Of a stretch of 64,000 nt of DNA, positions 48,923-59,772 are shown one piece after another (position 1 is the stretch's first letter; each line of letters begins with the position of its first letter). This stretch comes from an uncultured Candidatus Rokubacteria bacterium (lineage in GTDB: Bacteria; Methylomirabilota; Methylomirabilia; Rokubacteriales; CSP1-6): NCBI GenBank assembly GCA_963747235.1, contig CAVVEU010000033.1:256001-320000 (forward strand). Reading direction: 5' to 3'. The position numbers and the translations under genes are program-made. The notes under the pieces were generated by a model. It searched no databases. It was given only the letters and a program-made list of their open reading frames with translations, and had not been told where the DNA came from.

Positions 48923-49813
48923 ATGAAGTACGGCGTGGTACTTCCCATCTGGCAGCTCACGATAGCGGAAGCGGCATCGCTGGCGACGCGCGCGGAGGAG
49001 CTGGGGCTGGACGGCGTGTTCGTCCCCGACCACATCCTGGCCAAGCCCGCCACCACCCAGCACTACGGCGGCCACTGGCCGGACCCCTTCGCGCTGCTCG
49101 CCTTCCTCGCGGGGCGCACGACGCGGATCAGCCTGGGGGCCAGCGTCATCGTGCTGCCCTACCGCAACGCGCTGGTCGCGGCCAAGTCGGCGGCCACCGT
49201 GGATCAGGCCTCGGGCGGCCGGTTCATCTTCGGCGTCGGCGTCGGGTGGGACGAGGCCGAGTTCGTGGACCTGCGCCTGCCGTTCCGCCAGCGCGGGCAG
49301 CTCAGCGACGACTACATCCGCGCCATCAAGGCCGCCTTCGCGGCCGACATCCCGCAGTACAACGGCAAGTACGTGAGCTTCTCGGGCGCCACCTTCTCCC
49401 CGCGGCCGGTTCAGCGGCCGCATCCGCCCATCTGGGTGGGCGGCTCGCCCGGCGCGGTCTCGGGGCCGGCGGTGCGGCGCTGCGCCGAGCTGGGCGATGT
49501 CTGGCATCCCCTCGCGCTCGGGCTCGACGAGATCGAGAAGGGCTACGCCACGCTGCGCGACCTGGCCAGCCGCACCGGACGGCGCGACGCGCTCGGGCTC
49601 TCGCCGCGCAACATGCTCGACCTGACCGACACCCCCAAGGGCGCCGGCCGCGCCGCCTTCCAGGGCTCGGTCGCCGAGGTGGCCGGGGACATCAAGCGCG
49701 TGCAGGGCATGGGCGCGGCCTGGATGACGTTCGACCTGCCGCGCGAGGGCATTCCCGCGATGGTGCGCGCGATGGAGCGCCTGGCCAAGGAGGTCAAGCC
49801 CGCCGCGGCGTGA
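48923..49813 (+). CDS. LLM-class flavin/F420-dependent oxidoreductase
   Basis: AEELG.D..FVPDH, DP..LA.LA, SGGR...GVG.GW, PPIWVGG. Confidence 0.9.
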   Translation: MKYGVVLPIWQLTIAEAASLATRAEELGLDGVFVPDHILAKPATTQHYGGHWPDPFALLAFLAGRTTRISLGASVIVLPYRNALVAAKSAATVDQASGGRFIFGVGVGWDEAEFVDLRLPFRQRGQLSDDYIRAIKAAFAADIPQYNGKYVSFSGATFSPRPVQRPHPPIWVGGSPGAVSGPAVRRCAELGDVWHPLALGLDEIEKGYATLRDLASRTGRRDALGLSPRNMLDLTDTPKGAGRAAFQGSVAEVAGDIKRVQGMGAAWMTFDLPREGIPAMVRAMERLAKEVKPAAA

Positions 49814-50270
49814 TCGCGCTGCGGGACGCGCAGCCGACCGATCGCGCCGGGATCGAGGCGGTGACGCTGGCCGCCTACGAGCAGTACGCGGCGACGCTCG
49901 GGGCGGCGCTCTGGGGCGTGTACCGGCAGAACATCGTGGCCACCCTGGCCGCAGCGAAGCCGGGCGAGCAGATCGTGGCCGAGGACGGCGGCGCGATCGT
50001 GGGCGGCGTGCTGCTCTACCCCGCCGGCGCCGTGATGGGCGAGCCGGGCACCGGCAAGGCCGTGACGCTCACCTGGCCGGAGGTCCGCCTGCTTGCGGTG
50101 TCGCCGGCTTCCCGGGCCGGCGGGGTCGGCCGCCGGCTGATGGAGGAGTGCATCCGGCGCGCGCGCGCGGGAGCGCGGCGGACGCTTCGCCCGCCGACAT
50201 GATGGGCCCGCATGGCCCTTACGAGCCAAGGGGTTCGGCGGGCGCTCGAGCCGACCTCGCCCTGCGCCGG
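49810..50270 (+). CDS. GNAT acetyltransferase, C-terminus degenerate
   Basis: EVRLLAVSP..R..GVGRRLM.ECI; after ~50170 only broken remnants (DMM, MAL, GF). Confidence 0.7.
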
Positions 50271-50272
50271 GC

Positions 50273-50292
50273 TCCCGCTGAGGGGAGAGGGA
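50273..50292 (+). repeat. Partial REP-like hairpin, copy 6
   Basis: TCCCGCTGAGGGGAGAGGG right arm between convergent genes. Confidence 0.5.
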
Positions 50293-50298
50293 GAGCGG

Positions 50299-51126
50299 TC
50301 ACTTGAGGGAGGTGAAGGTGAAGGCGCGGACGATGTGACGCTGGGCCACCACGAACACCAGGAGCACCGGCGCCACCACGAACATGCTGCCCGCCATGAT
50401 GATGTGCCAGCGCGCGCCGGTCCCCTCCTCCCGCAGCATCGACACGCCCACCGGCAGCGTGCGCACCGCGTCGGTGGTGGTCATCACCAGGGGCCAGAAG
50501 AAGTCGTTCCAGTGATACACCACGCTGAACAGGGAGAAGGCCACCACCGCCGGCTTCGCCATCGGCACCATGAGCCGGAAGATGATCGTGAAGAGGCCCG
50601 CCCCGTCCACCCGCGCCGCGTCCACGATGTCGTCGCTGATCTGCATGAAGGCCTCGCGAATCAGGAAGGTGCCGAGCGCGGAGACCGCGTAGGGCAGCAC
50701 CAGCGCCGCGTAGGTGTTCACGAGGCCGAGATGCGAGAACAGGATGTAGAGGGGCACGAAGCGGACCTGGGGCGGCACGATCAGGCAGGCCATCACGATC
50801 ACGAAGCAGAGATCGCGGCCGGGGAAGCGCAGCTTGGCGAAGGCGTAGGCGGCGGTGCACGCGAAGAAGAGCTGCAGGACCAGGATCGCGACGGTCTGGA
50901 TCACGTTGTTGACGAAGAACCGCAGGAACGGGCCCGACTGCCACGCCTTCGCGTAGTTGTCCCACCGGGGCGGATTCGGAAGCAGGGTGGGCGGGAACCG
51001 GGTCACGTCCGGCAGATCCTTGAGCGAGGTCGCGACCATCCAGAGGTAGGGGCCCACCTCCACCGCGGCGACGAGCACGAGCCCCACGACGGTCAGCCAG
51101 CGGACGAGCGGATTCGGGTGGCTCAC
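50299..51126 (-). CDS. Carbohydrate ABC permease (UgpE-like)
   Basis: AAYAFAKL.FPG, DAARVDGA, WNDFFWPL. Confidence 0.9.
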   Translation of the reverse strand: MSHPNPLVRWLTVVGLVLVAAVEVGPYLWMVATSLKDLPDVTRFPPTLLPNPPRWDNYAKAWQSGPFLRFFVNNVIQTVAILVLQLFFACTAAYAFAKLRFPGRDLCFVIVMACLIVPPQVRFVPLYILFSHLGLVNTYAALVLPYAVSALGTFLIREAFMQISDDIVDAARVDGAGLFTIIFRLMVPMAKPAVVAFSLFSVVYHWNDFFWPLVMTTTDAVRTLPVGVSMLREEGTGARWHIIMAGSMFVVAPVLLVFVVAQRHIVRAFTFTSLK

Positions 51127-52004
51127 GTGGTGTACTGCACGCGCCGGCGGAAGACGAGCCACTGGCCGAGCGTCAGCAGCAGGATGAGCGCGAAGAAGAC
51201 CACCACCGCGGCCGAGGCCCGGCCGAGCCGGAAGTACTGAAAGGCCTGCTCGTAGATGTAATAGACGTAGATCATCGTCGAGGTGATGGGCCCGCCCTGG
51301 GTCATGATCTTGACGATGTCGAAGCCCTGGAAGCTCGCGATCGTGAGCGTCACCACCAGGAACAGCGTGGTGGGCGAGAGCAGCGGCCAGGTGATGAAGC
51401 GGAAGCGCTTCCAGCCGGTGGCCCCGTCCAGCGCGGCCGCCTCGTAGAAGTCGCTCGGGATCGCCTGGAGCCCGGCCAGGTAGATCACGAGCGGGTAGCC
51501 GACGGTCTTCCACACCGTGACCAGCACGAGCGTCCACAGCGCGACCGACGGGTTGCCCAGCCAGTTCACGGACGGCAGGCCGACCAGGCGCAGGCCGTAG
51601 GTGACGAGGCCGTACTGCGGATCCAGCATCCAGATCCACAGCAGCGACACCGCGACCCACGAGACGATGTACGAGGAGAAGATGCAGGCCTGCAGGCCCG
51701 CGCCCAGACGGCTCCGGTCGTTCAGCAGCAGCGCCAGGCCCAGCCCGAGGCCGAGGGCCAGCAGCACGACCCCGCCCGAGTAGCAGGCGGTGTTCACCAG
51801 CACCTCGCCGAACTCGGGCGACCAGAGCTCGCGGTAGTTGGCGAGGCCCACGTAGCGCTTCGGGGTCATCAGGTCCCACTCGAAGACGCTCACGTAGGCG
51901 GAGTACGCGACGGGGTACAGATAGACGAGCCCGAAGAGCGCCAGGGAGGGCGCGACCAGCGCGTACCCCAGCCAAGCGTCTCTCCGGGCCCGCCGCGAGG
52001 CCAC
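51123..52004 (-). CDS. Carbohydrate ABC permease (UgpA-like)
   Basis: VGLANY, AGLQ.IP..YEAA.LDGA, MTQGGP. Confidence 0.9.
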   Translation of the reverse strand: MASRRARRDAWLGYALVAPSLALFGLVYLYPVAYSAYVSVFEWDLMTPKRYVGLANYRELWSPEFGEVLVNTACYSGGVVLLALGLGLGLALLLNDRSRLGAGLQACIFSSYIVSWVAVSLLWIWMLDPQYGLVTYGLRLVGLPSVNWLGNPSVALWTLVLVTVWKTVGYPLVIYLAGLQAIPSDFYEAAALDGATGWKRFRFITWPLLSPTTLFLVVTLTIASFQGFDIVKIMTQGGPITSTMIYVYYIYEQAFQYFRLGRASAAVVVFFALILLLTLGQWLVFRRRVQYTT

Positions 52005-53290
52005 TACTTGTCGTGCTTGCCGATGATCTCGTTCGCCTTCTGCTCGGCGGTGGTCATGATCTCGGCGGACGTCTTGACGCCCAGCACCGCGGCCTCCAGA
52101 TTCGGCTGGATGACCTCACGCTGGATGTCGAACAGGGCGGGCGAGAACGGGAAGCGCTGCGCGGTCTTGAGCTGGTCGAGCGCGACTTTGTAATTTGGGT
52201 TGTCCTTGTAGAAGGACTGCATCGCGGGCGAGTTGATGGCGGACAGACGCACCGGCATGTACCCGGTGGCTTTCGAGAGCGAGATCGTCTGCTCGGGGTC
52301 GGTCATCCACTTGATGAAGGCCCAGCCCGCTTCCTTCTGGGCCGCCGGCGTATCCTTCAGCAGCACGAAGTAGGTGCCGCCGGTCGGCACCGCCGCCTTC
52401 GCCTTCGCGGGAAGGAAGGCGGTGCCCACCTTGAACTTGGCGTTCTCGGTCATGTAGTTCAGGAACGCGGTCGAGGTGAAGATCATGCCGACGCGCTGGT
52501 TGATGAAGTCGGTGTTGGCGACCTCCCAGGCGCTGTAGTCCTTGCCCGGGGGCTGCTTCATGGTCTTGTCCTTGTTCACCAGGTCCACCCAGAACTGGAG
52601 CGCCTCCTGGCCCTTCTCACGGAACGCGGCCTTCTTGCCGTCGGGGGACATCAGGGTCCCGCCCGCCTGGTGGAGCAGGCCGTACCAGAACCACCAGTCC
52701 ACCGGCACCTCGAAGCCGTACACCTTCGTGTCGCTGCCCTCGCGCACCGTCAGCTTGCCCGCGGCCGCGCGCAGCTCGTCCCAGGTCGCCGGCACCTTCA
52801 CGCCCTTCGCGGCCAGCATGTCGGCGTTGTAATAGAGGATGGGCGTGCTGCGAAAGAACGGCAGCGCGAAGAGGGGCGCCGCCGGCTTGCCCAGGTAGTC
52901 GAAGTAGCCGGCCTGGGTGAGGCCGGGCACGAAGTCGGCGAGGTCGGTGCCGTTCGGCCCCTTGGCGAACTCCTCCATGCTGTCGAGCATCCCGGCCTGC
53001 CACAGGTTGGGCAGCGCCTCGCCCACCACGTGGAACGCGGCCGGCGCGGTCTTGGTGATGGCGGCCGCGCGGATCTTGGCGAGGGCCTGGAAGTAGTCGC
53101 CCTGGAACGTGCCCTCGATCCGGTACTTCGACTGCGATTCGTTGAACTTCTTGATGTGGGCCTCGGTGACCTCACGGTTCTTGCCGCCGAACGAGTACCA
53201 GAACTGGGCGACGATGGGATCCGCCGCCAGCGCGGTCCCGGCCCAGCCGAGCACCACCGCCGCGAGCATGCCTGCCAGCATCCGCTTCAT
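52004..53290 (-). CDS. Carbohydrate ABC substrate-binding protein (UgpB-like)
   Basis: FNESQ...F.G.Y, LPF..STPILYYN, TGYMPV. Confidence 0.88.
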   Translation of the reverse strand: MKRMLAGMLAAVVLGWAGTALAADPIVAQFWYSFGGKNREVTEAHIKKFNESQSKYRIEGTFQGDYFQALAKIRAAAITKTAPAAFHVVGEALPNLWQAGMLDSMEEFAKGPNGTDLADFVPGLTQAGYFDYLGKPAAPLFALPFFRSTPILYYNADMLAAKGVKVPATWDELRAAAGKLTVREGSDTKVYGFEVPVDWWFWYGLLHQAGGTLMSPDGKKAAFREKGQEALQFWVDLVNKDKTMKQPPGKDYSAWEVANTDFINQRVGMIFTSTAFLNYMTENAKFKVGTAFLPAKAKAAVPTGGTYFVLLKDTPAAQKEAGWAFIKWMTDPEQTISLSKATGYMPVRLSAINSPAMQSFYKDNPNYKVALDQLKTAQRFPFSPALFDIQREVIQPNLEAAVLGVKTSAEIMTTAEQKANEIIGKHDK

Positions 53291-54312
53291 GACGTCCCTC
53301 CTTTGGGGGTGAAGCAGGCCGCGGTGAGCTCGCGCTCGACGTCGCGCCCGCCGTAGACGATGCGATGCAGGGCGCGCAGCAGCGGCACGCCCCCGACCTT
53401 CCTCTCGCGCGCGAACCGCCAGCACCAGCGGATCGCCGCGTAGCCTTCCGTCAGCTCGTCCCGGTCCCGGAGGGTGGCCACCACGTCCTTCGTGGATCGC
53501 CCCGACCCGCGCAGCTCGCCGAAGATGCGATTGCGCCCGGCCATGCCGGTCACGTGCAGGTCGCCGGCGCCGCCCAGCCCGTACACGGTCCCGGGCCGCA
53601 TGCGCACGGTGCGCCCGATCCGGACGATCTCGCGCAGCGCCTGCGTGTAGAGCGCGGACTTGGTGTTGTACATCGCCTCCGCCCGCCCCGCCGCCACGAG
53701 GCCGTCGCAGAGCCCGATCGCGATCGCGTAGGCGTTCTTGAGCGCGGAGCACAGCTCGAGGCCGCGCTGGTCCGCGGTCTCCTCGACGCGATAGTACGGC
53801 GTCTCGAGCCAGCGGCGGAGGCGGCCGCGCAGGGCCGCCCGCGGCGAGGCGTACATCACCGCGGTGGGCACGCGGCGCGCCAGCTCCAGCGCCTTCGACG
53901 GCCCGCCCACCGTGACGATGGCGAGCCCGGTGGCCGCCGCGATCGCCTCGGAGAGCGTGACCGCCCGGCCCCGGCTCGCGGCCAGCCCCTTGGAGACACT
54001 CAGCACCGGCACGCCGGGCGCGAGGTGGCGGGCCGCGCGCGCGAGCACCGGGATCGCTCCGTCGGAGGTGACCGCGTTGACGACCAGCTCGGCGCCCGCG
54101 AGGGCGCGCGGCAGCTCGGTGGAGTCGAACACGGTCACCCCCGGGGGCAGGGCCATGCCGAGCTTGGGATGCTTGCCGCCCGCCCGGACCGCCCCGATCA
54201 GGCGGTCGTCGAGATGGGTGCCCCAGAGCGCGACGGCGTGACCGTTGTCGGTCGCGGGCACGGTGAGGGCCGCGCCCATGAAGCCCGCCCCGAGGATCGT
54301 GACCCGCGCCAT
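53287..54312 (-). CDS. NAD(P)H-dependent glycerol-3-phosphate dehydrogenase family (GpsA-like)
   Basis: ILGAG.MG, SKG, GGP, ALKN.YAI, G.GDL.VT..GRN, EG. Confidence 0.85.
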   Translation of the reverse strand: MARVTILGAGFMGAALTVPATDNGHAVALWGTHLDDRLIGAVRAGGKHPKLGMALPPGVTVFDSTELPRALAGAELVVNAVTSDGAIPVLARAARHLAPGVPVLSVSKGLAASRGRAVTLSEAIAAATGLAIVTVGGPSKALELARRVPTAVMYASPRAALRGRLRRWLETPYYRVEETADQRGLELCSALKNAYAIAIGLCDGLVAAGRAEAMYNTKSALYTQALREIVRIGRTVRMRPGTVYGLGGAGDLHVTGMAGRNRIFGELRGSGRSTKDVVATLRDRDELTEGYAAIRWCWRFARERKVGGVPLLRALHRIVYGGRDVERELTAACFTPKGGTS

Positions 54313-55775
54313 CAGGCGATCCGCCGCAGCGCCGGATAGAGCTGCCGGCGCGCGTCGAGCAGCGTCGCGTAGGTCGCCGCGCTCGCCGCGTCCGGCACGT
54401 GGCGCACGAGGGCGCCGCGCCAGCGCCGCGCCGCCTCCACCCCCGGGAGCAGGCCCACCGCCATGCCCGCGAGCAGCGCGCCGCCCGCGGGGGCGCCCCC
54501 GCCGGCGGGCACGTAGTGGAGCGGCACCCCGAGCGCGTCGCACAGGATCTGCCGCCACACCGCGCTGCGCGCGCCCCCGTTCACCGTGATGACCTCGCGC
54601 AGCCGGGGGCCGCTCTCGGCCGCGATCTCCGCGCAGTGGCGGAACGAGACCGCCACCGCTTCCAGCACCGCGCGGTAGAGGTGCCCGCGCCCGTGCGCGA
54701 GGGAGAGGCCGACGAACGCCCCGCGCGCGCCCGCGTCCCACACCGGCGTGCGCTCGCCCTGGAGATAGGGCAGGAGCCGCAGGCCGTCCGCGCCCGCCGG
54801 GGCGGCGGCCGCCTCGGCGTCGAGCGTCTCGAAGGCGGCGCCGGGGGCCGCCACCGAGCGGAACCACTCCTGCAGCGCGCCGGAGAGCGTGCCGCCCAGG
54901 GCGAGGAATCGATCACAGCCGACGTGATGCGAATTGATCAGCCGGGTGTCGAAGTCGGGAGCGTCGAGCGGCATGATCAAATTGCCCGCGGTGCCCAGCA
55001 TGAGGCAGGCCTCGCCCGGCTCGCTCACTCCCGCCGCGAGCGTGGACGCGGCGAAGTCCGCGCCCCCCACCGCGACCGGCGTCCCCTCGCGCAGGCCGGT
55101 CTCGCGCGCGGCGGCCGCGGTCACCCGCCCGGCGATGGCGTGGCTCGGCCGGATCTCGGGGAGCCAGGCCGGATCCACCCCCATGCGCGCGCACGTCTCC
55201 GCCGACCACGCGCGGGCCCGGCAATCGTAGAGCGGCGCGCAGAGCGCGGCCGAGGAGTAGTCGGTCACGCGCGCGCCGGTGAGACGGAGCACCGGGTAGC
55301 TGTGGGACTGGAGGATCGTGACCGGGCGCTCGAAGTGGCCGGGCTCGTGGCGCCGGAGCCAGGCGAGCTTGGGCCCGAGATAGTAGGCGTGGAACCGGTT
55401 GCCCGCGATTCGCTCGCCCTCCGGACCCACGCGCGCGGCGAGCGGCTCCACCTCCGCCTCGCTGCGCACGTCGAGCCACAGGATCGCGGGACGGAGCGGC
55501 CGGCCCGCGTCGTCCACCAGCAGCAGGGTCGGCGCCTGGCCGGTGATCGCGATGCCGTCGATGCGCGCGGGGCGGGCCGCGTCGGCGAGCGCGCGCAGGA
55601 TGCGGCACGTGGCGGTCCACCACACCTCCGCGTCGGCCTCGGCCCAGCCGGGACGGGGCACGTCGTGCCGGTAGGCGATCTCGGTCGCGGCGACGCGGCG
55701 GCCGTCCACATCGTAGGCTGCGCCCTTGGCGGAAGACGTGCCGATGTCGACACCGACGACGACGGAGGTGGCCAT
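54312..55775 (-). CDS. FGGY-family carbohydrate kinase (xylulokinase-like)
   Basis: GVDIGTSS.K, AILWLD.R, LPYL.GER.P, GGARS..W.Q. Confidence 0.9.
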   Translation of the reverse strand: MATSVVVGVDIGTSSAKGAAYDVDGRRVAATEIAYRHDVPRPGWAEADAEVWWTATCRILRALADAARPARIDGIAITGQAPTLLLVDDAGRPLRPAILWLDVRSEAEVEPLAARVGPEGERIAGNRFHAYYLGPKLAWLRRHEPGHFERPVTILQSHSYPVLRLTGARVTDYSSAALCAPLYDCRARAWSAETCARMGVDPAWLPEIRPSHAIAGRVTAAAARETGLREGTPVAVGGADFAASTLAAGVSEPGEACLMLGTAGNLIMPLDAPDFDTRLINSHHVGCDRFLALGGTLSGALQEWFRSVAAPGAAFETLDAEAAAAPAGADGLRLLPYLQGERTPVWDAGARGAFVGLSLAHGRGHLYRAVLEAVAVSFRHCAEIAAESGPRLREVITVNGGARSAVWRQILCDALGVPLHYVPAGGGAPAGGALLAGMAVGLLPGVEAARRWRGALVRHVPDAASAATYATLLDARRQLYPALRRIA

Positions 55776-55840
55776 GGAGCCGGGCCATTATACGGGAAGC
55801 GCGCTTGCCCGGTTCGTGGCACTTCTGCTACAAGGAGTCG

Positions 55841-57140
55841 GTGACCACCCCGCCGCTCCTGATCATGCTGAGCATCGACGGCCTGCGGGCCGACTACGTG
55901 GACGACGCGACCCTCCACCTGCCCGCGCTGCGCGGGCTGATGGCCCGGGGGGCGCGCGCCACGCGCATGGCGCCGATCTTCCCGACCGTCACCTGGCCGT
56001 GCCACACCTCGATCGTCACCGGCGTCTCGCCCGCCCGCCACGGCATCCTCGGCAATCTCGTGTTCGACCGCGCGAGCGGACGGCCCGTCGAGCACTACGG
56101 CGACCGCACCGGCGCGCCGGTGCTCGCGCCGACCCTGTGGGACCGCCTGCACGCCCGCGGCGAGCGCACCGCGGGCGTGTGCTGGCCGAAGACCCGCGGA
56201 GTGGCCGCGGTGGCCGACAACATCCCCGAGTTCTACGAGCAGGAGCTGTTCGAGGAGTACGCCTCGCGCCCGCTGTGGACGGAGCTGGCCACCAAGGGCC
56301 TGCCGGTGCACCGCTACGGGCCGTGGAGCAAGCAGCACCCGCTCGGGCCCATGCAGGACTGGCTCTCGCTCGAGTCGGCGCGCCACATCCTGGCGGTGCG
56401 GCCGCCGCGGCTCCTGCTGCTGCACTTCCTGACGCTCGACTCCTTCCAGCACGACCACGGCATCGGGAGCCCCGAGGCGCGCTGGGCGCTCCTGCAGATG
56501 GACGCGCTCCTCGGTCGCCTGCTCGACTCCCTCGCCGAGCTGGGTCGGCTCGAGACCACGACCCTGATGGTCTTCGGCGATCACGGCTTCGTGGAGGTGA
56601 CGACGACCCATCACCTCAACCAGCTCCTCCGCGAGGAAGAGCTTCTCGAGGTGGATGGCGGCGGGCAGATCACGCGCCGCCAGGCGTGGGCCGCGGGCAA
56701 CGGCGGCTCCGCGCACGTCTACGTGCTCGACGGCGCGCCCCGCACCACGGTCGATCGCCTCGCGGAGCGATTCGGCGCGCTGCCCGGCGTGAGCGTGCTC
56801 GGCCCCGACCGCTACACCCGGATGGGCCTGCCCGCGCCGGCGCCGGGCTCGATGCAGGGCGACCTGATGCTCACCGGGGACGACGGCATCCTCTTCACCG
56901 GGCATCCCACCCCCGAGGCCGCGGCGCGCCGCGCCGGTGCTCCTCGCCGCCCACGGCCACGCACCCTCGCTGCCCAAGCTGAATGCCGCGTTCCTGATGG
57001 CGGGCCCCGGCGTGCGCGAGGGCGTGACGCTCGACGCGGTATCGATGCTCGACCTGGCCCCGACCGCCGCGCGCCTGCTCGGCGTGGACCTTCCGGGCGC
57101 CGAGGGCCAGCCGCTCGCCGGCGCGCTCGCCGCCCGGTGA
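55841..57140 (+). CDS. Alkaline phosphatase superfamily nucleotide pyrophosphatase/phosphodiesterase (frameshift ~56930)
   Basis: SIDGLR, FPTVTWP.H.S..TG, D..H..G, GDHG, HG, DLAPT. Confidence 0.85.
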
Positions 57141-57917
57141 AGGGCCTCCTGATCGCGGCGGGCCGGGGCCAGCGGCTCATGCCGCTGACCGACAACGTGC
57201 CGAAGTGCTATGCCCCCATCGGCGGCCGGCGCATCCTCGACTGGTGCGTGGAGGCCCTCGGCCACGCGGGCTGCCGGGACATCGTGTTCATCGGCGGCTA
57301 TCGCATGGAGCGCGTGCAGACCGAGTACCCGCGCTTCCGCTTCGTGCACAACCGCGACTGGGAGCGGAACAACATCCTGCTGTCGCTCTTCAGCGCGCGC
57401 GCCGAGATGACGGGCGGCTTCGTGTCGAGCTACGCCGACATCCTCTACACGCCGGACGCGGTGCGCCGCCTGGTGCGTCACCCCGCCGACATCGCGCTGC
57501 TGGTGGACACCGACTGGCGCGCGCGCTACCGGCCGCGCACCCAGCATCCGGAGTCCGACGGCGAGAAGGTGCGCCTGCACGGCGGACCGGATCACCGCGG
57601 TGGGCCGCCGCATCCCGCCCGACGAGGCGCCCGCCGAGTTCACCGGCGTGGCCAAGTTCAGCGCGGCGGGGGCCCGGCTCCTCCTCGAGCACTTCGATCG
57701 CGCGCGCGCCCGGTTCGACGGCCGCCCCTTCGGCAACTCGCCGAGCTTCCAGCGCGCCTACCTGATCGACCTGCTCCAGGCCATGCTCGCCGACGGCGTC
57801 CCCATGCACGCGGTGGAGACGTTCGGGGGCTACTTCGAGGTGGACACCACCGAGGACCACCGGCTGGCCTCGCGCGACTGGGACGTGTCGCGCCGCCGGG
57901 CCGCGCGCGGCCGATGA
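57137..57917 (+). CDS. LicC/PntC-like cytidylyltransferase (frameshift ~57590)
   Basis: IAAG.G.RL.PLT..PKC, NNILLSL, YADI, EVDT.ED. Confidence 0.82.
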
Positions 57918-58960
57918 GCCTGCCGCGGTTCCCCGCGTCGGTGGTGGGGAGCATGCCGCGCTCCGACTTCGTGCGCGATCTGCTCGATCGGCCCGAGACC
58001 GACCCGTCGCGGGCCGCGCTCATGGACGCGGCGGTGGGCTACGTGGTCGCGCTGCAGGAGGCGGCCGGCATCGACGTGATCTCCGACGGCGAGTGGCGGC
58101 GGCGCTCCTACATCGGCGTCATCGCGGAGATCATGCACGGCTTCGCGCGCGAGACGCGCGACGGGCTCTCCTGGCACACCGTGGTCGAGCCCATGACGCC
58201 GCGGCGGCCGGGCCTGCTCGGCGAGGAGGCCCGCTTCCTGGTGGGCCGCACGCGGCGGGCCACCAAGGTGGCCCTGCCCTCGCCGTACCTCCTCGCCCAG
58301 CGCATGTGGGATCCGGAGCGATCGCGCGCGGCGTACCCGACCCGCGAGGCCTTCATGCGCGCGCTGGTGCCGGTGCTTCGCGGCGAGCTCCTCGCGGTGA
58401 AGGCCGCCGGCGTCACGGTGGCCCAGTTCGACGACCCCCACCTGTGCCTGCTCGTGGATCCGAAGGTGCGCGCGGGCTTCGCCGATCCCGACGCGGAGGC
58501 CGCGCTCTGCGTGGACCTGCTCAACGAGATCGTGGCGGGCGTGGACGGCATCGGGACCGCGGTGCACCTCTGCCGGCGGAACAAGGCGCGCCAGGGCTGG
58601 ATCGGCGAGGGCGGCTACGACCCGATCCTGCCGTTCCTGCGCCGCCTCGACGTCCGGCAGTACGTGCTCGAGTTCACCATTCCCGTCGCGGGCGACTTCG
58701 CGGTGCTCCGCCAGCTCCCCGACGACCGGCAGATCGGGCTCGGCTGCGTGGACTGTCGCGGCGCCCAGATCGACACGCCGGAGGCCATCGCGGACCGGGT
58801 CGGCCAGGCCCTCCGCCACGTGGACGCGGAGCGCCTGTGGCTCAACCCGGATTGCGGATTCGCGCCGGGGAGCGCGGCCGACATCCCGATCGACGAGGCC
58901 TACGCCAAGCTCCGCAACGAGGCGGCGGCGGCCGAGCTGCTCCGCGCACGCCACCGCTAG
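57914..58960 (+). CDS. Cobalamin-independent methionine synthase II family (catalytic domain only)
   Basis: VVGS.PR, ISDGE.RR, HLC, LEF, NPDCGF. Confidence 0.88.
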   Translation: MSLPRFPASVVGSMPRSDFVRDLLDRPETDPSRAALMDAAVGYVVALQEAAGIDVISDGEWRRRSYIGVIAEIMHGFARETRDGLSWHTVVEPMTPRRPGLLGEEARFLVGRTRRATKVALPSPYLLAQRMWDPERSRAAYPTREAFMRALVPVLRGELLAVKAAGVTVAQFDDPHLCLLVDPKVRAGFADPDAEAALCVDLLNEIVAGVDGIGTAVHLCRRNKARQGWIGEGGYDPILPFLRRLDVRQYVLEFTIPVAGDFAVLRQLPDDRQIGLGCVDCRGAQIDTPEAIADRVGQALRHVDAERLWLNPDCGFAPGSAADIPIDEAYAKLRNEAAAAELLRARHR

Positions 58961-59769
58961 CGCGGCAGCGCGGCGGGCAGGTCGTAGGGCGGCGACACCA
59001 GGAGGATCAGGCGGTCGACGCCGACGCGCTCGAGGCGCGCGCGCTCGGGCGCCTCGGGGCGGAGCCACCGCGCGCTCAGACCCGCGAAGACGCTCACGCT
59101 GAAGCGCTTGGGATCGCGGCCCGACGCGGCGTGCGCCTCGCGCGCCACGCGGGCCAGCTCGGCCAGATCCGGGTGCATCGCCTGGGTGTTGAAGCCGTCG
59201 CCGTAGCGCCCCGCGATGCCGGCCATGCGCGGGCCGAAGCCCGCGATGATGATGGGCGGCGGCGGATCCGGCCGCAGAAACCCCGACGGCCGATCGAGCC
59301 GGAACTGCGCGCCCACGAAGCTCGAGTCGTCCCCGGTCCACAGGCGACGGAGCACCTGCGCGGTCTCGGCCACCCGCTCGGCGCGCACGCGATCCGGCGA
59401 GACCTCCATGTTGAGCGCCTCCTGCTCGCGCGCGTACGACATCGACCGCGTGGCGCCCGCGCCCAGGCCGAGGAGCAGGCGCCCGCCCGAGACCTGCTGC
59501 AGCGTGGCCGCCATGTTGGCGAGCAGGCCGGGATGCCGCAGGCCGGTGTTGAGCACGAGCGGGCCCAGCGTGAGGCGCCGCGTGGCCTCGGCCAGCGCGG
59601 TGAGCGTCGTCCACGCTTCGGGCACGCCGGCCTCCGCGCGCTCGTCGGGATCGCGCAGGTGATCCCAGGTCCAGAGGCCGTCGAAGCCGGCCTCCTCGGC
59701 GGCGAGCGCGGCCGCGCGCATCTCCGCGTAGCGGGCGCCGACGGGAATCAGGAGCAGATCGATCTTCAT
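58957..59769 (-). CDS. LLM-class flavin-dependent oxidoreductase
   Basis: AEEAGFD.LW..DH, EAWTTL.ALA, SGGRL.LGLGAG. Confidence 0.88.
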   Translation of the reverse strand: MKIDLLLIPVGARYAEMRAAALAAEEAGFDGLWTWDHLRDPDERAEAGVPEAWTTLTALAEATRRLTLGPLVLNTGLRHPGLLANMAATLQQVSGGRLLLGLGAGATRSMSYAREQEALNMEVSPDRVRAERVAETAQVLRRLWTGDDSSFVGAQFRLDRPSGFLRPDPPPPIIIAGFGPRMAGIAGRYGDGFNTQAMHPDLAELARVAREAHAASGRDPKRFSVSVFAGLSARWLRPEAPERARLERVGVDRLILLVSPPYDLPAALPR

Positions 59770-59772
59770 GGA

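Noticed and set aside
55805-58960. 1051-aa apparent phosphodiesterase-cytidylyltransferase-MetE fusion
   Set aside because: Two frameshifts bypass the real stops. GTGA/ATGA overlaps at 57137 and 57914 show three genes
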